A program made the translations under genes and the position numbers. Shown in pieces: positions 30,695-40,068 of a stretch of DNA of 64,000 nt. The notes beneath the pieces are model-generated. The model had not been told where the DNA came from, made no database searches, and saw only the letters and a program-made list of their open reading frames with translations. The stretch lies in NCBI GenBank assembly GCA_013388635.1, contig JACAEX010000020.1, forward strand, positions 5,826 through 69,825, written 5' to 3'. This DNA comes from Syntrophaceae bacterium (GTDB taxonomy: Bacteria; Desulfobacterota; BSN033; UBA1163). The number at the start of each line of letters is the position of its first letter. The stretch's first letter is position 1.

Positions 30695-31159
30695 ATGGCA
30701 GGTTTCTGTTATATGGAAAGAAATATTTTAAAGAACAGAAAGGGGGTAGCGTTGATCATTGCCCTTCTGTTGCTACTTGCCCTGACGTTGATCGGAATCA
30801 GCTCGATCAATACGACGACGATTGAAACGGGTATCTCTGGAAACGATCGGGAGAAGGTCGATGCCTTTTATACGGCTGAGGCCGGGGTCCAGGTGGGAAT
30901 TCATCAAATTCCGGTTACATCCCCGATCCCAACGACCAAACTGAAGGAAAATTCCTACTATTGGAGCGGAACGGCAGATGACAGAGAAAACCCCAAGGCC
31001 TTTAAGTCCTTCGGAATTCACCAGATGCCCGGATTTGATTCCTCGTGGGCGTTTCGACGATATCAGATTAATGTGACAGGAGAATCCTTTAGATCGACAA
31101 GAGAGATAGAGGTTCAGGTGAGTTACGGCCCCTTTCGGGCGGATACGGATTACAACTGA
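30695..31159 (+). CDS. pilX: PilX-like minor pilin (copy 2)
   Basis: G/VALIIALLLLL, ISGN..AFYTAEAG; start could be ATG 30713. Confidence 0.85.
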   Translation: MAGFCYMERNILKNRKGVALIIALLLLLALTLIGISSINTTTIETGISGNDREKVDAFYTAEAGVQVGIHQIPVTSPIPTTKLKENSYYWSGTADDRENPKAFKSFGIHQMPGFDSSWAFRRYQINVTGESFRSTREIEVQVSYGPFRADTDYN

Positions 31160-31190
31160 TTGGGCTTCTGGGTTTTAGAGGGAAGGGGAG

Positions 31191-31508
31191 ATGAGATATA
31201 GAGGAGGTTTATACATTGTTGTCTTTGCCATAGCTTTTCTTTTTCAAAACCAAACTTTTTCCCAGGTGAAGGTCGGGGAGACGGTTTCATTTACTGGGAT
31301 GATCGAGAGGGTCCAGGACGATCTCAAATTCATCGTCATCCATGAGATGAGGATTTTTATCACTACGGATACAAGGATAGTAGATGAGAACGGAGAGATG
31401 TTGAAGGTAGATGATCTGAGGCCGAAACTGAAAGTAGCCATTGAAGGGATTCGGAATCCAAATGGCTTCCTCGCAAAGAGGATTCTTCTTAAAAGCCCGA
31501 AGAAGTAA
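31191..31508 (+). CDS. small exported DUF5666-like protein (copy 2)
   Basis: Signal peptide, GMIERV..DTRIVD..DLRPKLKVAIEG..LAKRI; resembles 27405-27773. Confidence 0.65.
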   Translation: MRYRGGLYIVVFAIAFLFQNQTFSQVKVGETVSFTGMIERVQDDLKFIVIHEMRIFITTDTRIVDENGEMLKVDDLRPKLKVAIEGIRNPNGFLAKRILLKSPKK

Positions 31509-34298
31509 GTGAAGATCAAGAAGCTTAACCCGGCGATACTCCTTATTTTTTTTCTCTCGATACCCCTCCATCATCTTCAGGCCGATGATACCGATCTCTT
31601 TATGACCAATGTGGAACCGGATGCGCTGATCCTTCTGGACAAATCCGGAAGCATGAATTTAGGCCCTGCAGGCTATCCTGTCAGTGACCCTAACAGAAAG
31701 ATCGATATTGCAAGAAAAGTCATTTTTGATCTTCTCGATCATAACGGGGATGGTCGGATCGACAATGCGGATGAAAAGAGTTTAAACGTGCGTCTGGGAT
31801 ATATGAGGTTCTGGAACTCAAACAGTAACGATGATGGTGAACCAAAAACAGGGGAGATCCAGATCTTATCAGCTTTGGGAAACTCGTACAGCAATATCTG
31901 GTCCAGCGTAAACCAGGAGCAGGAGCGTGATGGTCTGGGTGGTACGCCTTTAGCTGCCTCTCTATCAGAGGCCAGAACATACTTTACGCGGGACGTCAAT
32001 CCTTCGGATCCGGCCATCGATTGCAGGCAGAAGTTTCTGATCCTGATTACGGATGGGGAAGACACCTATGCCTGTGGCGGTGATGGGTCAGAGGGACAAG
32101 CGGATATGTTCAAAAGAAGAATCTTGACCATCCAAAGGGCCAAGGAGCTTTATGAGGCCGGAATCAAAGTCTTCGTTGTGGGATTGGGCCAAACCCTGTC
32201 AGAGCCTCTGAAAAGGACTTTAAACTGGACTGCAAGGTATGGAGGGACAGATAACCCTCTGGAGATGAACTCGGGAGACCCAGGTGCCTATGATGTGGCA
32301 AGATACAGCCCTGCCTGTTCAACCACGGATGCGAGTTCAGATCCAGCCAATTATCCCCTTTCTGGGTACGCCTTCTTAGCGTCGGATGCTTCCTATCTGA
32401 AAAAAGCAATAGAGGCTATTGCGAAGGAGGTTCGAGAAGGATCTTATTCTTTCACCGCTCCTTCGAGACCTACCGCTCAAATAGCTGACAGGGATGTCCT
32501 CTACCTCTCTTCCTTTACCCCCAACCGCACCCCCTTCTGGAAGGGAAATATCCGGGCATATCGCCTGGATGAAGATGGATTGTTTCCTGTGGATAAGGAT
32601 GGAAATCCTCTCAGATCGAGCCTGATCTGGGATGCATCTGAGAACCTCAAAGCGCTCTCGCCCGGTTCTCGAAAAATTTATACATATGTGAGTGGAAACC
32701 AGATACCTTTTGATTATGGACATTTAACCAATACCGATCTCGGTGTTTTCACAAATTGGGAAAGGCAAAGGCTGATTGACCATATCCGGGGCATCGATGC
32801 CTACGATGTGGACGGTGATGGGGATAGAAATGAAGCGAGAGAGTGGAGTCTCGGCGATATCTTTCATTCAAACCCCGTGATTGTGGGTGAACCCTCTCCC
32901 TTTTTTGAGGATCAGGGTTTTAGCGGGAAAGGGGGTTTTTATCAGTTGAGAAAGGATCGGACCAAGGTGGTCATTGCCGGCGCTAACGATGGGATGCTCC
33001 ATGCATTTGATGCAGCCACAGGAGATGAACAATGGGCTTTTATTCCAACCAGTCTGTTGAAGAATTTGAAACTGATGGCGTCTTCCCATACCTATTATGT
33101 CGATTCGACACCCAAAGTAGCTGATGTCTGGTTCTATAGCAGTCCTACAGATATGACGAAGAGTCCAGATGAATGGAGAACGGTTCTGATCTCAGGCCTG
33201 AGGAAGGGGGGAAAGGCCTACTTCGCTCTGGATATCACAGACACCTTAGACCCTAAGTATCTCTGGGAATTTCCGGCACCTTCGGACACAACGACTCTCG
33301 CAAAGGTCGGCCAGAGCTGGTCCGAGCCTGCCATCGGAAGGGTAAAGGTCGAGGTGGGAGACGGACTTTATGAGAGATGGGCAGCCTTCATCGGCGGAGG
33401 GTTTGACTACACGAACAGTACAGGAAGAGCTTTCTTTGTGATCGATATCAAATCGGGTGAGACTATTAAGGAGTTCTCTGGGCTGGAAGGCATGAATTAC
33501 GCATTTGCAGCTCCTCCAAAAGCGGTTGATACCAATTCGGACGGATATGTAGACAGGGTCTACGTGGGCGATCTGGGTGGCCAGATGTGGGTGTTCGATC
33601 TCTCATTTGATGAGGCGAAAAGAGAGAGCAACAGTCAGTGGACAGGAAAGAGACTTTTCGTAGCCCCGATTTCAGAGACTGAGGTCCATCGGATCTACTG
33701 TGAGCCTGCTGTTGCATTTGATCGATCTGGAACTCCCTGGGTCTATTTCGGGACTGGGGATAGAGAACGGCCCAACGATCTCTCAAATCCTAACGAGAGG
33801 TTCTATGCGGTGAAAGACAGTGGCATAGGAAGCTACCCGCGAAAGGAGACCGATCTCTCAGAGGTTACGTCTTCAAATACCTTCAAACCGGCGTCGAAAG
33901 AGGGCTGGTATCTCCGCTTGGAGCGATCAGCTCAAAATTCAGAGAAGGTGCTAACAAAACCGGTCGTCTTCAATAAACTTCTCTACTTTACTACGTATTT
34001 ATATACTGCAACCGAAAATCCCTGCCTTTTTTTAGGGGAGGGAAAACTCTACGTGCTTGAATCCCTCTCTGGAGGGGGAGCCCTAAGCTTTGATGATGCG
34101 ACTGTCTTAGAAGACACTCCATCCGAGCGGTCAAAAAAGATCGGCAGGGGAATCCCTTCTGCCCCTGCGGTCAGAGTGGATTTAAAAGGTAAGGCATGGG
34201 TGACCGTCGGAACGACCGAGGGTCAGGTTTTCTCAACCCCAATATTCTCTCCAGCCAGATCGAAGCAGATCCTTTATTGGCGAGAAGTCATTCCGTAA
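31509..34298 (+). CDS. pilY1: PilY1/PilC tip adhesin with vWA domain (copy 2)
   Basis: DKSGSM MIDAS, TPLAASL, ITDG, GANDGMLHAF, DTNSDGYVD, FGTGD, terminal WRE. Confidence 0.9.
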   Translation: MKIKKLNPAILLIFFLSIPLHHLQADDTDLFMTNVEPDALILLDKSGSMNLGPAGYPVSDPNRKIDIARKVIFDLLDHNGDGRIDNADEKSLNVRLGYMRFWNSNSNDDGEPKTGEIQILSALGNSYSNIWSSVNQEQERDGLGGTPLAASLSEARTYFTRDVNPSDPAIDCRQKFLILITDGEDTYACGGDGSEGQADMFKRRILTIQRAKELYEAGIKVFVVGLGQTLSEPLKRTLNWTARYGGTDNPLEMNSGDPGAYDVARYSPACSTTDASSDPANYPLSGYAFLASDASYLKKAIEAIAKEVREGSYSFTAPSRPTAQIADRDVLYLSSFTPNRTPFWKGNIRAYRLDEDGLFPVDKDGNPLRSSLIWDASENLKALSPGSRKIYTYVSGNQIPFDYGHLTNTDLGVFTNWERQRLIDHIRGIDAYDVDGDGDRNEAREWSLGDIFHSNPVIVGEPSPFFEDQGFSGKGGFYQLRKDRTKVVIAGANDGMLHAFDAATGDEQWAFIPTSLLKNLKLMASSHTYYVDSTPKVADVWFYSSPTDMTKSPDEWRTVLISGLRKGGKAYFALDITDTLDPKYLWEFPAPSDTTTLAKVGQSWSEPAIGRVKVEVGDGLYERWAAFIGGGFDYTNSTGRAFFVIDIKSGETIKEFSGLEGMNYAFAAPPKAVDTNSDGYVDRVYVGDLGGQMWVFDLSFDEAKRESNSQWTGKRLFVAPISETEVHRIYCEPAVAFDRSGTPWVYFGTGDRERPNDLSNPNERFYAVKDSGIGSYPRKETDLSEVTSSNTFKPASKEGWYLRLERSAQNSEKVLTKPVVFNKLLYFTTYLYTATENPCLFLGEGKLYVLESLSGGGALSFDDATVLEDTPSERSKKIGRGIPSAPAVRVDLKGKAWVTVGTTEGQVFSTPIFSPARSKQILYWREVIP

Positions 34299-34397
34299 CG
34301 AACCATCCATTCTTTTTGTTCATCGTCCATTGTCTATGGTGCGGAGCAGGCCTCGTAACCGAAAAACTATTTTCTTCCTTCCGGGATGGCCAATCAA

Positions 34398-35369
34398 TTA
34401 GGAGTGATCTGTCTTCGTCTGGAGTCTCTTAATCCTCTCCTGGGCCTTGGAGAAAGAATGATCTAACTTCAAGACGGTGGTAAAGGTGCTCAAGGCCTCG
34501 GAGACCATTCCCTTGGCTTCATAAGCTAACCCTAAAGAGAAGTGGACGCGGGCCAATTTCTGATTTGACAATCCTGGCACCTTGGAGGCCAGCGTGTAGT
34601 ATTTGATCGATTGATCGTAATCGCCCTTCTCCATGAAGCAGTTCCCGAGCATGATATAGCAATCAAACCTTATCGGGCCACATGAAGCGGCCTGTTCAAA
34701 CTCAGAGATGGCATAATCGTAGAGCTCCATCTCTTTGTAGGCAATCCCCAAATGGTAATGCATTTGAGAATCCTTATCGGCATCTGCTGCAGACGACTCG
34801 CTCTCATAGGTCACCTCGCGTGGGATCTGTGGGGCAGGGGGAGGAGTGGGTTTCTGCTGGACCACCTTCTTTTCTAACGGAGGGAGGGATTCAGGGACAC
34901 GGGGCTGTGGTGGTGGAACAACCACCTTAGGAGGTTCTTTTGTTTCCTTCTGGCGGGCCTCGATATCCTCGAGTGCATGTCGGGCTTCCGTGTCGCCAGG
35001 TTTAATCTCCAGAACATTCTGATAATAGCTCTTTGCGCTTCCGATAAGCCCTTCTTTTAAATATAGTTTTGCTATCTTGTGAAAGGCTTCGACAAATTTT
35101 GGGTCGATCGAAAGGACTCTCTTATAGACAGAGATCGCCCGGAAATTCAAATCCTCTTCGGCATAGAGCTCGGCAAGCTTCAGATATTCTCCGATCGCCT
35201 TCTCCTTTTCTCCTTCTTTCAGGTAGAGATCCCCTAACTTCAGGTATAATCGCTTATCCTTAGGGGTAACCTCAATGAGTTTAAGGTACTCCTGGATTGC
35301 CTTCTTGGGCTGACCTTTGAGGACATACTTTTGGGCGAGGTCCAGTATCTTTTCTTTGTCGATAGCCAA
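34398..35369 (-). CDS. TPR protein, compact SgmX-like
   Basis: N-terminal TPR block (DKEKIL..AQKY..KG..KAI.EY), Pro-rich linker, C-terminal HYHLGIAYKEM TPR block; TTG start. Confidence 0.75.
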   Translation of the reverse strand: MAIDKEKILDLAQKYVLKGQPKKAIQEYLKLIEVTPKDKRLYLKLGDLYLKEGEKEKAIGEYLKLAELYAEEDLNFRAISVYKRVLSIDPKFVEAFHKIAKLYLKEGLIGSAKSYYQNVLEIKPGDTEARHALEDIEARQKETKEPPKVVVPPPQPRVPESLPPLEKKVVQQKPTPPPAPQIPREVTYESESSAADADKDSQMHYHLGIAYKEMELYDYAISEFEQAASCGPIRFDCYIMLGNCFMEKGDYDQSIKYYTLASKVPGLSNQKLARVHFSLGLAYEAKGMVSEALSTFTTVLKLDHSFSKAQERIKRLQTKTDHS

Positions 35370-35591
35370 AAGATTACCCTCAGAAAGGGAAATCTTAATC
35401 CGATCTGAGCGATTCCGTATCCTCGGAGGGGAAATCGCTCAGTTCAAGCTTAAAGAAACCCTAAATTGAAAAGAAGGAGAAAGAGAAGCCATCCAAAAAG
35501 ATGTTTTCGTTCACGTATGAACATTGGCCAGAAAGAGGAATAGGGTGAATAGCAACCCGGTTCTTGACCGGAAGATCTCTCAGCTTATTAC

Positions 35592-35620
35592 AATTTACCC
35601 AATGGTCAAGAAAAAGTCAA
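35592..35620 (-). promoter_or_regulatory. sigma70-like promoter for the TPR gene
   Basis: Minus strand TTGACT-N17-TAAATT. Confidence 0.5.
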
Positions 35621-35846
35621 GATTGACATTCTGCGCAAAGCAGGGCGGATCAAAAGAAGCCAGATCTAACCCTTTTTCTCGGGCAAATCGTTTTCATCTC
35701 TTAGGTTCAAAATGACGGAAATTTTTTGCCAATGGTCAAATATTGGCCGCCACCACCATGTCTCTCAGGATTCTTAAAGATTGGCCTTGGAACAGAACTA
35801 TGCGAACCTCTTGATGAAAATGGTGAGAGGAATTTTTTGCAAAAAT

Positions 35847-35862
35847 TGGCACTTATTTTGCT
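35847..35862 (+). promoter_or_regulatory. sigma54 promoter of the mglBA operon
   Basis: TGGCACTTATTTTGCT matches TGGCAC-N5-TTGCW. Confidence 0.8.
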
Positions 35863-35923
35863 TTTCCTTAGAGAAATCAAGTAGTAACAGGCAATCACAA
35901 CCCGACATCCTCGAGATCTCCCT

Positions 35924-36613
35924 ATGCCGAAGAATTTAAAGAAGGTTCTGATAGTTGACGATGAAGAGACCTTGACATGGAGCATGGCCAAAAGCCTCTC
36001 AAAAGATAAAGATAAATATGAGGTGATCATTGCCAACAATGGCCAAGAGGCCTTGACTCTCTTGGAACAGAACAGGGTTGATTTAGTGATCACTGACATA
36101 CGGATGCCAGACATTAATGGTCTGGATCTGCTTGTTAGAATAAGGAAGGAATACCCCCAAACCAAGGTCATCATCATGACGGCTTACGGCTCTTCCGACA
36201 TCCAGAAAGAGGCTACCCAGAGGGGATCTCTCTACTACGTGGAAAAGCCCTTTGAGATTTCAGACATAAGGAAGATCATCATCGATCTCATCGGACATAA
36301 AAAGGGATTCCGTGGAAAGGTATTTGGCCTCCAGCTGACCGATGTGATTCAGATGAACTGTCTGGGCAGACTCACCACAGCACTCATCATCACGCGGGAC
36401 GGCGAGAAGGGGATCATCTATTTGAACGAAGGGGAGATCGTCCATGCGGAATGCGGAGAACAGAAGGGAGCAGAGGCCTTCTATAACATCCTGAGCTGGC
36501 AGGAAGGGGAGTTCGTCTCAAATATTGGCTTCGCCGCCCCTGTGCAAACAATCTACCAGAGCTGGGAACATCTCCTGATCGAAGCGATGCGGAGGAATGA
36601 CGAAAAGGCATGA
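35924..36613 (+). CDS. response regulator with REC and DUF4388 (PATAN-like) domains
   Basis: VDDE..TDIRMP..KPF; L.DVIQM..G.IYLNEGEIVHA..GAEAFYNILSW.EGEF. Confidence 0.85.
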   Translation: MPKNLKKVLIVDDEETLTWSMAKSLSKDKDKYEVIIANNGQEALTLLEQNRVDLVITDIRMPDINGLDLLVRIRKEYPQTKVIIMTAYGSSDIQKEATQRGSLYYVEKPFEISDIRKIIIDLIGHKKGFRGKVFGLQLTDVIQMNCLGRLTTALIITRDGEKGIIYLNEGEIVHAECGEQKGAEAFYNILSWQEGEFVSNIGFAAPVQTIYQSWEHLLIEAMRRNDEKA

Positions 36614-36654
36614 GCGGTTTGCATCTCGGCTCTGCGGTCAGGAAATCATAGAAG

Positions 36655-37074
36655 ATGGATATCATCATTACCAGAAAGGATCTCGAAAAGATAAACCTCT
36701 GCCTGGATAAGGTGGTCTCCTCCTCGCATGCGCACTCCGTGTTGCTCATCGACCGGTCGGGACAACTCATTGCGCACCATGGAAACACACCGGGGATCGA
36801 TATCCTATCCCTTTCTGCCCTGACCGCCGCCAATTTCGGAGCAACGGCAGAGATCGCCAGGATCCTGGGTGAGGAAGAGTTTACGCTCTTATTTCATAAG
36901 GGGAAGAACGAGAACGTCTATTTTTCAGCAATCGGAGAGCACGTTATCTTGGTGACCCTATTTGATGACAATACCTCATTAGGGTTGATCCGGCTGCAGA
37001 TCAATAAGATCATTGATGAGCTCTCGAGCATCCTCTCATCCATCTTTGAAGAGAAAGCGGTTCCGGCGAATTGA
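36655..37074 (+). CDS. mglB: roadblock/LC7 protein MglB (GAP)
   Basis: LIDRSGQLI, ALTAANFGAT.EIA.LGE.EF..LFH.G, LGLIRL; precedes mglA. Confidence 0.88.
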   Translation: MDIIITRKDLEKINLCLDKVVSSSHAHSVLLIDRSGQLIAHHGNTPGIDILSLSALTAANFGATAEIARILGEEEFTLLFHKGKNENVYFSAIGEHVILVTLFDDNTSLGLIRLQINKIIDELSSILSSIFEEKAVPAN

Positions 37075-37104
37075 TCGACTTCGATTTCCTGGCGTGGAAA
37101 GTGT

Positions 37105-37731
37105 ATGCCTTTTATAAACTTCAGCAAAGACGAGATTCAATGCAAGATCGTCTACTATGGACCAGGATTTTGCGGAAAGACCACGAATCTTCAGTATATT
37201 TTTAGTCAGACGAGCGAAGAGATCAAAGGAAAGATGGTCTCCATCGATACAAAGGGGGATCGGACACTCTTTTTTGACTTTCTCTCCCTTAGCCTCGGAA
37301 AGATCCGGGGGTTCGATATCCGAGTTCAGCTCTACACCGTTCCAGGACAGGTCCACTATGATGCTACCAGAAAGCTGGTATTGAAGGGCGTCGATGGGGT
37401 TGTTTTCGTGGGAGATTCGTTGAAGGTTCAAAGGAAGAAGAATATTGAAAGTCTGATCAATCTGGCAAAGAATCTTGCCGAGAAGGGAATTAGCATCCGA
37501 TCCATTCCCCTTGTGATCCAATACAACAAACGCGATTTGGACGGGACCGATTCGGAGATCCTCCCTATTGAGGTGATGGAGAAGGATCTCAATTCGATGC
37601 TCAAAGTCCCCTCTTTTTCTGCCAGCGCCCTCAAGGGGGATGGCGTTTTCGAGACCCTCCGGGAGATCAGCAAGTTAGTGGTCAAAGATGTGAGCCGAAA
37701 GATCATGGTTCTCGACAAGCAGGTCCGGTGA
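37105..37731 (+). CDS. mglA: MglA small Ras-like GTPase
   Basis: KIVYYGPGFCGKTTNL, RTLFFDFL, LYTVPGQ, NKRD. Confidence 0.95.
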   Translation: MPFINFSKDEIQCKIVYYGPGFCGKTTNLQYIFSQTSEEIKGKMVSIDTKGDRTLFFDFLSLSLGKIRGFDIRVQLYTVPGQVHYDATRKLVLKGVDGVVFVGDSLKVQRKKNIESLINLAKNLAEKGISIRSIPLVIQYNKRDLDGTDSEILPIEVMEKDLNSMLKVPSFSASALKGDGVFETLREISKLVVKDVSRKIMVLDKQVR

Positions 37732-37749
37732 TGACCAAGGACATCGAGC

Positions 37750-38892
37750 ATGGAAAAGATAATCGGCGAGGATGAGATCAGGGGACTCGAAGAAGAGATC
37801 GACTCTGCTGTGGAACGGCTTTTCGTCGATAGAAAGGCTGACCGAACCGAGAGCCCATCGGTGAAGCCTCACCCCGCTCCTCCTCCGCAAAGGGCGAAGA
37901 AGGCCGATAGTGAGATCCCTGTGCATCCCCCGTCAGGACCCGCTTCGCCCTTGCAATCTTTTGACAAGATGGAGACGAGACTTCTTTCATTGGAGTGGGA
38001 GATAACAGGAGAGGACCTCGAAAAAACAAAAGAGGAAATCCAGGGCTTGCGAGAGGCCTTTAGAGAGAGACCGGATATCATCTCAGTTCTAAATTTGATG
38101 GCGAAGGTCATCATTCATATGACGCAAAATGAAGAAGGAATTCAACCTTCCCAGATCAAATTCCTGATGGATTCAAAAGAGACGATAAAGCTGCTGATGA
38201 AGGAAGACGCAGGGGCTGAATTCTCCGTTTACAAGCAGCTGGCCCTCAGCGGAATTGAGGCCAGGTATTTAGCTCTCGAAGGGATCAAACAGGCCCAAAC
38301 CAAACCACCGGCCTCAGGTCCAGGTGAGTTGACTCAGAGAGAAGCCTCGAAACCCCGGGACAAACAGTTTGAGCGGATGTTTAATAAAATGGATCTCCTT
38401 TTTGAGAAGATGTCAGATCTCCTGAAGAGATTTGAAGGCCATCTATCCACGTCTGAGGAGAAGAGCAGAGCACTGTCCAAACCCGAGGTTCGAAGGGGCC
38501 CTGTGCCAGTGGACATCACGCTCTTCAAAGCAGGAGAGAGACTGTTTGGAATTGAGAGCCAAAAGGTCTTCAAATTATTCAAGGTCCCGGATAGTTTTGA
38601 CGAGAGATATTCGGGTCAGCATAAGATACGGATGAAGGACTTTGAGATCAGGATGGTTGATTTGAAAGGCATCCTGTCGATCCAGAGCCGAGGTCGAAAA
38701 GGGGAGAGGCAATTGCTCACTGTAAAAGAAGACGGTGAGTACAAAGGACTGGTCGTCGATCAGATGGTGAAGAGGCTGACAACCGAAGTCGATACCGAAG
38801 GGGATTACGGTGAATATTTCTCAGGGGTGGTCCATTGGACCTACCAGGAAGTACCGCTGGAAATTCCTGTCTTAAATTTAAAAAGGATATAA
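37750..38892 (+). CDS. hypothetical protein, helical N-terminus and degenerate CheW-like C-terminus
   Basis: C-terminal LFKAGERLFGI...MVDL..L...GLVVD...PVLNL resembles CheW. Confidence 0.6.
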   Translation: MEKIIGEDEIRGLEEEIDSAVERLFVDRKADRTESPSVKPHPAPPPQRAKKADSEIPVHPPSGPASPLQSFDKMETRLLSLEWEITGEDLEKTKEEIQGLREAFRERPDIISVLNLMAKVIIHMTQNEEGIQPSQIKFLMDSKETIKLLMKEDAGAEFSVYKQLALSGIEARYLALEGIKQAQTKPPASGPGELTQREASKPRDKQFERMFNKMDLLFEKMSDLLKRFEGHLSTSEEKSRALSKPEVRRGPVPVDITLFKAGERLFGIESQKVFKLFKVPDSFDERYSGQHKIRMKDFEIRMVDLKGILSIQSRGRKGERQLLTVKEDGEYKGLVVDQMVKRLTTEVDTEGDYGEYFSGVVHWTYQEVPLEIPVLNLKRI

Positions 38893-38907
38893 GGACCGGA
38901 TCAGGCC

Positions 38908-40068
38908 ATGGAGCAGGGAATTTCAATTCGAGCCATCGGTGGCGGTAGGGTAAAAAAAGAGGAGACGATCCAGGCGCTGGCTCAGGAGTTAGAGGATGTC
39001 AAAAATTTCATGGATAGCGTCATCCAGAGCATCGGAAGCGGAATCATCATCACAGGGATGAACGATACCATTACCTACATCAACCGGGCAGGGGAGAGGC
39101 TTTCAGGGTATTCAAGGGAGGACGTGATCAACAAACCCTTCAGCATCTTTGCCCTGAGGGAAAAGCAGAGCGATATCCACGCCTTCTTCGATAATCCTGA
39201 TGATCATACGACGAGAAGGGAAGGGTGGATGAGGAGGAAGGACCATACCGAATTTCCCGTCGGATTTAGCATGAACGATCATGTCAATGTCAAGGGAGAG
39301 AGGATAGGCAAGATCGTGATCTTCCGCGATCTGACCAATGTGTATAAAATCCAGGAGGAAATATTGAGGATGGACCGCCTGGTGTCTCTGGGAAAACTGG
39401 CTTCGGGCATTGCGCATGAGCTTCGAAATCCCCTTGCCGGGATTAAGACGACCGCTCAGGCGCTTAGCGAGGAGATGCCGAAGGACGATCCCAAAAGAGA
39501 ATATCTAAATCGAATTACCAGGGAGATCGACCGGTTAAACGATCTCTTGAAGACCTTCTTCTCCTTTGCCAAGCCACAGGAATTGAATCTGGTTTACTGC
39601 CACATCCGAGAGGTGATCAATGAGATCATCCCATTTCTTTTCAAGGAGATTGCTGATCAGGGGATCCGGTTTAATGAAAGCTATGACCCAGAGCTCCCTA
39701 AGATCAAAGTTGATAAGGCCCAGATGCACCAGGCCTTTCTAAATCTCTTTTTGAATGCCATCCAGGCGATGCCCCGCGGAGGGGAGCTCAAGATTGAGGT
39801 GACGCCAACCACTCTGCAATCCTCTGATGGACTCAAACAGAACTTCGTTAAGATCATCATCTCCGATACAGGAAAAGGTATTCCTCCACATATCATTCAG
39901 AAAATTTTCGATCCGTTTTTTACAACGAAACCGAAAGGGATTGGGCTGGGCCTTTCGATCACCTATCAGATCATTAAGAAACACGGGGGGACGATTAAGG
40001 TCGAAAGTGAATGGGGCAAGGGAACTTCCTTCATCATCAATTTGCCGGAGGCGTTGGAGAACCCATGA
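38908..40068 (+). CDS. cytoplasmic PAS histidine kinase
   Basis: PAS (YINRAGE..GYS.E), AHELRNPL, NAIQAM, DTGKGI, GIGLGL. Confidence 0.9.
   Translation: MEQGISIRAIGGGRVKKEETIQALAQELEDVKNFMDSVIQSIGSGIIITGMNDTITYINRAGERLSGYSREDVINKPFSIFALREKQSDIHAFFDNPDDHTTRREGWMRRKDHTEFPVGFSMNDHVNVKGERIGKIVIFRDLTNVYKIQEEILRMDRLVSLGKLASGIAHELRNPLAGIKTTAQALSEEMPKDDPKREYLNRITREIDRLNDLLKTFFSFAKPQELNLVYCHIREVINEIIPFLFKEIADQGIRFNESYDPELPKIKVDKAQMHQAFLNLFLNAIQAMPRGGELKIEVTPTTLQSSDGLKQNFVKIIISDTGKGIPPHIIQKIFDPFFTTKPKGIGLGLSITYQIIKKHGGTIKVESEWGKGTSFIINLPEALENP

Noticed and set aside
35524..36177. ORFs 35524-35715 (+) and 35707-36177 (-)
   Set aside because: They overlap promoter DNA or are antisense shadows of the REC gene
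38941..38952. ops (RfaH) element GGCGGTAG
   Set aside because: Lies at the 5' end of a kinase gene, not in the glycan leader, and lacks the downstream TG; probably chance
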